From NCBI GenBank assembly GCA_002633005.1, contig NMRA01000638.1, positions 8,914 to 72,913 of the forward strand: a stretch of DNA of 64,000 nt, read 5' to 3'. The position numbers and the translations under genes are program-made. Source of the DNA: Phoronis australis. Lineage: Eukaryota > Animalia > Phoronida. Numbering within the stretch: the first letter of the stretch is position 1; every line of letters begins with the position of its first letter. The notes under the pieces were generated by a model. It saw only the letters and a program-made list of their open reading frames with translations, did not search any database and was not told the origin of the DNA. Positions 61,301-64,000 of the stretch are shown here, in pieces.

Positions 61301-62450
61301 TTACACACCCTTACACCGAAAAATAACTGTCAGAGTCACGTACACATCCAGCCACACGGCGACTAATATGGCCTTACCGAGACAAATGTTGAACCTTTTT
61401 AGCACAATGATACTGGCAAGTGCTGAATGAAACACGCTCTGGTTTAGGACTACTGCAAATTTTTTTAGATACAATGCATTGCGTGACTCTGGCCAAAAGA
61501 CGGTATCTGCTCTGGCAAATGAACTCTGGTGGCATGCACGCACTCGCTTACTCACAAACGGCATGCAACTTCAAAACAAAACGGTCACGTGACTAAAAAC
61601 ATGTGTGTTCGTCCAGATATTTTTCTCATGTAGCAGATCATACATGTAGATGGCACGATGTAGCACAGATTTGTACTTAAACCCGCCGTGATCCCGACTC
61701 CACGGGAACTTAAAAATCTTAGGGACGTTGCTTGGAAAACTTGAGGATTTCAGGTAATTTGCTTGAGTCAAAACTGTATTTTTATTCAAGCATTCTAGTC
61801 ACCATATCTAGGATTGCGAGGCAGGCAGTGGGCGAGTTTTAGCCCTGGAATTTCAGTACAATTTTCTGTAAAATGATCGTAATTTAGCAGCAAAGTTTGA
61901 TAGCAATACACCACGGTTTTGTAGAAAGTCTTTCATAGATTACAGATACGTCACAGTGCGAAAATATAATCAATCTTATCTTCCGATTTCACCCGTTTCG
62001 GAGACCGGGTTTCAACGGCCTTGGCTTATAATAAGTGCACCCCTTGAAACGAACTTTTCTAAGTGCCCTGGATGCTTATTACGGCGAATACAGTATAAGA
62101 TTAGAAGAAAAACTGGGTGAATTTTTCTTTGATACAGTATGAAGTAGTGAGAGAAACACCAACCTCTCAGCACTCAGTTTGCTGACAGCCTCCACCTGCT
62201 TCTTCAACAAATTCACTTTAGCCTTGATCACTTGGTCGTCCTCAATGGAGGCATCACGCATCAGCTTGCGGCTAGACGAGATAATGTCACGTGACCTGGC
62301 CTTGTGGGTGGCGATGTCATCATGGAGTACCTTATGATCACGCAGTTGTTTTCGAAGTTTGACCGAGTCAGAGCTGATGGGCTCCGCAGACTCCATCTGC
62401 TCCTCCGCCTCCTTCAGCCAATCAGAGACTTCATCCAAGTCATCTATGAC
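9301..62450 (-). CDS. MACF1: Spectraplakin (MACF1/DST/short stop family), 3' portion of a multi-exon gene whose 5' part lies beyond the window
   Basis: 27 GT-AG exons encode tandem spectrin repeats, an EF-hand ([19 protein letters not shown]), the GAR domain ([29 protein letters not shown]), [11 protein letters not shown] and a terminal SRIP. The symbol marks the family; MACF1 versus DST orthology is not resolved. Confidence 0.95.
10171..10249 (-). CDS. MACF1: Spectraplakin small exon ([26 protein letters not shown])
   Basis: ccacag acceptor, G|gtgagt donor; phase 0 to 1 exactly bridges the neighbouring exons. Confidence 0.85.
10550..10680 (-). CDS. MACF1: Spectraplakin exon ([26 protein letters not shown]...PVSR)
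   Basis: caacag acceptor, gtgagt donor, phase 1 to 0; conserved post-GAR motif. Confidence 0.95.
12406..12463 (-). CDS. Candidate alternative exon after the GAR domain ([19 protein letters not shown]...)
   Basis: Strong acceptor ttttcttccttcctccaatatag, open in phase 1; donor uncertain. Confidence 0.4.
13180..13650 (+). pseudogene. Penelope-like retroelement GIY-YIG endonuclease relic
   Basis: ORF 13297-13560: [30 protein letters not shown] matches VVY..C..C...Y.GQT.R.L..R..EH. Confidence 0.8.
15148..16662. repeat. Near-identical ~590-bp duplication (15148-15738 and 16072-16662) on either side of a single N; likely haplotype overlap
   Basis: Two substitutions seen between the copies; N at 15739. 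Confidence 0.9.
15740..16079 (-). mobile_element. HINE family C, 5'-end fragment with (GGAC)n microsatellite
   Basis: ggacggacggacggacagagatgacggcataatgcgtccacatataaatatgtgggcgcataaaaa. Confidence 0.8.
16110..16860 (+). mobile_element. Degenerate Penelope-like element 3' end
   Basis: [21 protein letters not shown] resembles the PLE GIY-YIG C-terminus (LK..ESLLI....P.LN.Q); a hammerhead-like motif follows at about 16770. Confidence 0.45.
17370..18819 (-). mobile_element. Second HINE/DINE-like family (D) with an internal 316-bp tandem duplication
   Basis: Terminal aacgagagcgctcggaagagcg palindrome, acttggc subTIR at both ends, terminal acttggcggaagaattcctccaagt hairpin; duplicated unit starts at 17474 and 17790. 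Confidence 0.65.
19946..20063 (-). CDS. MACF1: Spectraplakin exon, GAR domain C-half ([39 protein letters not shown])
   Basis: ccacag acceptor, G|gtaagc donor; GAS2 signature. Confidence 0.97.
20489..21941 (-). mobile_element. HINE family C copy
   Basis: Plus-strand start aacaagagcaatgcagagc...atgtgcccacgaatgc, nine monomers, end gatgacggcataatgcgtccacatat. Confidence 0.82.
22848..22964 (-). CDS. MACF1: Spectraplakin exon, GAR domain N-half (PAKNQPD...[27 protein letters not shown])
   Basis: ttccag acceptor, gtgagt donor; CxC and IGEGKYR motifs. Confidence 0.94.
24453..24615 (-). CDS. MACF1: Spectraplakin exon, EF-hand 1 ([17 protein letters not shown]...[30 protein letters not shown])
   Basis: ttccag acceptor, A|gttagt donor; canonical DxDxDG EF loop; this frame is not in the ORF track. 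Confidence 0.95.
24640..24712. repeat. Degenerate (TAY)n trinucleotide repeat just upstream of the EF-hand exon acceptor
   Basis: attactattaccattaccattcctattattattgctactgttattactatcattactattattattat. Confidence 0.8.
25092..25251 (-). CDS. MACF1: Spectraplakin exon, last spectrin repeat (QHRPES...[35 protein letters not shown])
   Basis: ttgtag acceptor, gtaaag donor, phase 2 to 0; KNPR...W.QVWL.A..R motif. Confidence 0.94.
25854..26351. mobile_element. hAT-like MITE family B, 498 bp, 6-bp TSD
   Basis: aattta|CAGGGCTTGGAA...TTCCACGCCCTG|aattta. Confidence 0.8.
26902..28613. mobile_element. Non-autonomous TIR element (ISL2EU-like ends) nested in a HINE
   Basis: AT|AGACCCTAT...ATAGGGTCT|AT, subterminal inverted cgaggctca; removing it restores the host monomer. 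Confidence 0.65.
28045..28287. mobile_element. CAGGGGCGGATCCAGG-type MITE relic nested in the element above
   Basis: caggggcggatccaggattt at left, gggggggcatggaacccccccta aatccg at right (truncated TIR). Confidence 0.5.
28979..29130 (-). CDS. MACF1: Spectraplakin exon ([14 protein letters not shown]...RRSITPKPG)
   Basis: ttctag acceptor, GG|gtacat donor, phase 0 to 2. Confidence 0.85.
29471..30956 (+). mobile_element. Family A Tc2/pogo-like element, copy 2
   Basis: TA|CCATATTCGCCGTAATAA...TTATTACGGTGAATACGG|TA, colinear with 7345-8831. Confidence 0.88.
30994..32803. mobile_element. Sola3-like (or Kolobok-like) TTAA-targeting MITE containing a gap and a piggyBac insertion
   Basis: TTAA|GAGGCAGTCCATATAAAAACCA...TGGTTTTTATATGGAGTCACTC|TTAA. 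Confidence 0.7.
31388..32528 (-). mobile_element. piggyBac-like deletion derivative with a transposase N-terminal relic
   Basis: aa|CCCTTATCCTGC...GCAGGATAAGGG|TTAA; acidic [17 protein letters not shown]... and later DDAWLTPF on the minus strand. Confidence 0.75.
32916..33104 (-). CDS. MACF1: Spectraplakin exon ([12 protein letters not shown]...LMEEHQ)
   Basis: tgctag acceptor, gtatgt donor, 189 nt. Confidence 0.92.
34316..34459 (-). CDS. MACF1: Spectraplakin exon ([10 protein letters not shown]...[22 protein letters not shown])
   Basis: cttaag acceptor, gtaagt donor, 144 nt; CHP....KHW.TI..ARWE motif. Confidence 0.92.
34555..36033 (-). mobile_element. HINE family C copy
   Basis: atgcgcccacgaatg start, monomer array, end ccacatacaaatatgggggcgcattaaaa. 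Confidence 0.8.
37144..37330. mobile_element. Family B MITE, internally deleted 187-bp copy, 6-bp TSD
   Basis: ttttaa|CAGGGCTTGGAA...TTCCAAGCCTTG|ttttaa. Confidence 0.8.
37358..37630 (+). pseudogene. Frameshifted HIRAN-like domain ORF inside a family A element
   Basis: [21 protein letters not shown] / [26 protein letters not shown]...[10 protein letters not shown]. Confidence 0.6.
38584..38712 (-). CDS. MACF1: Spectraplakin exon ([15 protein letters not shown]...LDEHR)
   Basis: ccccag acceptor, gtgagt donor, 129 nt. Confidence 0.92.
38863..39665. repeat. 62-bp C-rich minisatellite spanning an assembly gap
   Basis: Unit agacacaatccacctagccccatccactcctagcctcaacccacccaacaccatctcatctt, at least 3 copies before the gap and degenerate copies after. 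Confidence 0.85.
39683..39877 (-). CDS. MACF1: Spectraplakin exon ([11 protein letters not shown]...LEQAKTK)
   Basis: aaacag acceptor, gtagga donor, 195 nt. Confidence 0.9.
40139..40298 (-). CDS. MACF1: Spectraplakin exon ([26 protein letters not shown]...EEHY)
   Basis: ttgcag acceptor, gtaagt donor, phase 2 to 0. Confidence 0.95.
40501..40994 (-). CDS. MACF1: Spectraplakin exon ([11 protein letters not shown]...[18 protein letters not shown]...KSVDR)
   Basis: 494 nt, gtgagt donor; [16 protein letters not shown] is characteristic of MACF1/DST/Shot. Confidence 0.96.
41040..41926 (+). pseudogene. L1/Tx1-clade LINE ORF2 relic (post-endonuclease linker to start of RT)
   Basis: [21 protein letters not shown] and [16 protein letters not shown] with stops and frameshifts; appears to resume at about 45470-45760. 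Confidence 0.82.
41929..45465 (-). mobile_element. Truncated family A-related element with two nested insertions
   Basis: TA|CCGTATTCACCCTAATAA start; matches 36147-36580 once 42171-42890 and 42933-45339 are removed. Confidence 0.7.
42933..45337. mobile_element. Second CCGTA-ended Tc2/pogo-like non-autonomous element, 2405 bp
   Basis: TA|CCGTAATCATTCGGGTTAACGCCC...GGGCGTTAACCCGAACGATTACGG|TA; repeated ttaa(c/g)cgccc subterminal motifs. Confidence 0.85.
46249..46299. repeat. (TG)n microsatellite
   Basis: About 25 perfect TG units. Confidence 0.97.
46635..46790 (-). CDS. MACF1: Spectraplakin exon ([14 protein letters not shown]...QIEDHK)
   Basis: ttgcag acceptor, gtaaga donor, 156 nt. Confidence 0.93.
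47120..47271 (-). CDS. MACF1: Spectraplakin exon ([13 protein letters not shown]...RASDRK)
   Basis: ttgcag acceptor, gtaatt donor, phase 1 to 0. Confidence 0.92.
47476..47617 (-). CDS. MACF1: Spectraplakin exon ([12 protein letters not shown]...[17 protein letters not shown])
   Basis: tatag acceptor, gtgaga donor, phase 0 to 1; [11 protein letters not shown] motif. Confidence 0.93.
47918..48115 (-). CDS. MACF1: Spectraplakin exon ([20 protein letters not shown]...LEEALRK)
   Basis: atcag acceptor, gtgtgt donor, 198 nt. Confidence 0.92.
48248..48413. repeat. 21-bp minisatellite, about 8 copies
   Basis: (ccaaaacatgaaatgaacaaa)n. Confidence 0.95.
48460..49094 (+). pseudogene. 5'-truncated L1/Tx1-clade LINE 3' end (zf-RVT CCHC region, 3' UTR, A tail)
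   Basis: [22 protein letters not shown]...[23 protein letters not shown]; stop at 48975; aataaa at 49068 followed by a short A run. Confidence 0.85.
49194..49349 (-). CDS. MACF1: Spectraplakin exon ([24 protein letters not shown]...IEIELAKHR), absent from the ORF track
   Basis: tttcag acceptor, gtaagg donor, 156 nt; LGQF..A..ELL.WL and [12 protein letters not shown] are typical of this family. Confidence 0.93.
49814..51413 (-). mobile_element. Kolobok-type deletion derivative, 1600 bp
   Basis: TTAA|AGGAGAATGCCACCC...GGGTGGTATTCTCCT|TTAA; THAP ORF on minus strand, KolX-like GYQFKPEY on plus strand. Confidence 0.88.
51040..51240 (-). pseudogene. THAP (C2CH) zinc finger, N-terminus of Kolobok transposase, truncated
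   Basis: [11 protein letters not shown]...FFRLP......KW.....CGRHF, followed by a frameshift. Confidence 0.85.
51574..51744 (-). CDS. MACF1: Spectraplakin exon ([20 protein letters not shown]...IAERM)
   Basis: atgcag acceptor, gtatgg donor, 171 nt. Confidence 0.92.
52593..52694 (-). CDS. MACF1: Spectraplakin exon ([34 protein letters not shown]), absent from the ORF track
   Basis: tttcag acceptor, AAG|gtaact donor, 102 nt, spectrin helix-A Trp pattern. Confidence 0.92.
52726..54785 (-). mobile_element. Kolobok-type deletion derivative, 2060 bp, with KolX and THAP relics
   Basis: TTAA|AGGAGAATGC...GCATTCTCCT|TTAA; plus strand GYQFEP and CICCHEIPQ...[15 protein letters not shown]; minus strand degenerate THAP with DAVPSVF. 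Confidence 0.88.
55155..55233. repeat. Foldback inverted repeat, 29-bp arms and 21-nt loop
   Basis: agttcccttttaaataaacttgttaggcc / ggcctaataagtttatttgaaagggaact, 27 of 29 Watson-Crick pairs. Confidence 0.85.
56718..56942 (-). CDS. MACF1: Spectraplakin exon ([11 protein letters not shown]...FQDKLV)
   Basis: ctccag acceptor, gtacgt donor, 225 nt. Confidence 0.92.
57406..57590 (-). CDS. MACF1: Spectraplakin exon ([13 protein letters not shown]...QQRDLW)
   Basis: cattag acceptor, gtgagt donor, phase 1 to 0. Confidence 0.92.
57725..57992 (-). CDS. MACF1: Spectraplakin exon ([12 protein letters not shown]...LTKMYF)
   Basis: ctccag acceptor, G|gtacgt donor, phase 0 to 1. Confidence 0.9.
58281..58487 (-). 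CDS. MACF1: Spectraplakin exon ([20 protein letters not shown]...QQHSE)
   Basis: tttcag acceptor, gttagt donor, 207 nt, phase 0 to 0. Confidence 0.92.
58665..59600 (-). mobile_element. Old, diverged HINE family C copy
   Basis: Degenerate gccactaaatggca monomers; ends atatgtgggcgcaaaaaa. Confidence 0.7.
60264..60423 (-). CDS. MACF1: Spectraplakin exon ([15 protein letters not shown]...QQDAVR)
   Basis: cattcag acceptor, AGG|gttagt donor, phase 2 to 0. Confidence 0.9.
60641..62093 (+). mobile_element. Family A Tc2/pogo-like element, copy 3
   Basis: TA|CGGTATTCGCCGTAATAA...TTATTACGGCGAATACAG|TA. Confidence 0.88.
62164..62450 (-). CDS. MACF1: Spectraplakin exon, spectrin repeat ([18 protein letters not shown]...KLSAER)
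   Basis: cttcag acceptor, AG|gttggt donor, phase 0 to 2. Confidence 0.9.
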
Positions 62451-62459
62451 CTGAAGTGT

Positions 62460-63256
62460 AACAAGAGCGACGCAAAGCATTGAAATGCGCCCACGAATGC
62501 ACCCCAAACGGAGTGCTTCTAGGGTTGTTTATTTGTTTCATAAAAATAGCCACAAGAGGGCAAAAAAAACATCCAATCCATCTGAAAATGGGTACATGCC
62601 ATCGCTTCTTTAATAGAAAGCTATTTAGCAAATTTCATAAAAATCTGTCACGGAACTTCAGAGAAACAAAGGAAAACAAAAAATAATGAAATTGCCACTG
62701 TGGGACACAGCCTTCATTGGATACGCCTGAAAGACGTCGTCATCTGCTGTTAGCTTCAAATAAATACAATTACTCAATTTAATAAAGACCCTGCAGTGAG
62801 TTTAGGAGATGCAGCTATGGGCACAAAACAAAACAAAACTACCACTAGGAGGCGCTACAGTAGTCAAATGCGTTATTGTCAACTGTCCTCTTCACACTGA
62901 GAACATATACCGTATACCAATTTTCAAAGTCATCCTCAGAATGGTTTGGTTGATCAAGGGGTGGACGGCAAAAAACAAGACTCGAAAACATGAATAATGG
63001 CCACTAGGTGGTGCAAAACTTCCTCCATTCCATCCCAAAGCGGGAGGATAGCATCATCTCACCACTAAATGCCTGTATTCCAAACTTTCTGATAATCCAG
63101 TGAGGACCTTTGAAGATACAGAGGTAAGCCTAAAACGTGAAAAATGCCACTATGGGGCACACTGGTTGTCAGATCCGTCCGAAAGTTGTTGTCATCCGTT
63201 GTTAACTTCATATAAATACACTTTTTAAATATAGCAAAAATGCTACAAACCGTTTA
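62460..63256 (-). mobile_element. HINE family C copy next to a splice acceptor, interrupted at 63257
   Basis: aacaagagcgacgcaaagcattgaaatgcgcccacgaatgc start and monomer array. Confidence 0.8.
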
Positions 63257-64000
63257 GGGCTGTTCCAGTAAAATCCGTGTGGGAGGGGGGGGGACGGCAG
63301 TAGAAATAAAAATTCATGGGTGGTGGTCTTCAGAAAAAAACTCAAATTATGGGTGGTCGCTCCTGTAGGAAGTGATGCATTAAAAATGGGTGGTATTTTT
63401 TGACCTGTTAATGTTGACAGGTTGGTTACTTCAGCCCAACACATCTTCAAAGAAATCAAAACTCAAAAAATGCAATTGGCATATATCCTAACTTATCGAA
63501 ATACAAAAAAGCCCATATTGCCAGTGAACAGAGTGCAATATGTTCACTAAGCCATTAATCAAGTCATGGGCAACTTGATTTGAGCCAACTGTTTGTTTGC
63601 AGTCCTATTGAATTGAAAAGTTATGCAACACTAAACTGGTGTTAACACATATAAGAAAATTGATGATTTTTAAATACAAAGTATGAGGAGTAAGATAAAC
63701 AAGTTCCAATATTCACTTGACATAGAAGTATAAAAAAGTTTGTGGAGACAGTTTGAGATTCATAGATCCTTATAATTGAAAAAATGTTCATTGAAATTAT
63801 AGACACATGGTGAACAGAGACACCTGGTGGCTGCCAAAAGTATTGCTCACAGGCTATTTTAGTTTTTGACAATATTGGACAAGACAACTAGTTCTTGTCT
63901 GTCAATCATCTAAGTTCTTAACAGGTCCTCCTGGAAGCAATTTGTTTGCAAGTGTTGGATTTTATATTTTAACCTATTAAAAATAAATAAAAAATTATGG
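63257..64000. mobile_element. Probable PIF/Harbinger-like insertion running out of the window
   Basis: HINE monomer breaks at TTA|GGGCTGTTCCAG; the other end is not visible. Confidence 0.35.

Overview
Eukaryotic (invertebrate animal) genomic DNA, AT-rich, with three long N gaps and one single N. The window holds the 3' part of one large spliced minus-strand gene, a spectraplakin (MACF1/dystonin/short stop family). I traced 27 GT-AG exons by hand from 62450 to the stop codon at 9301, about 5.0 kb of CDS: spectrin repeats, EF-hand, GAR/GAS2 domain and a Ser/Arg/Pro tail with an SxIP motif. Phases are consistent except at one junction, where the second EF-hand exon probably lies in the 23546-24413 gap. 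Introns and the downstream region are full of nested, mostly non-autonomous transposons: CCGTA-ended Tc2/pogo-like elements carrying a HIRAN-like ORF relic, Helentron-type HINEs with internal arrays of CTCF-like motifs, two Kolobok elements (THAP + KolX relics), piggyBac-, Sola3-, ISL2EU- and hAT-like elements, and Gypsy, L1/Tx1 and Penelope relics. No prokaryotic system, CRISPR array, rRNA or tRNA is supported. All family assignments come from manual motif recognition, not database searches.
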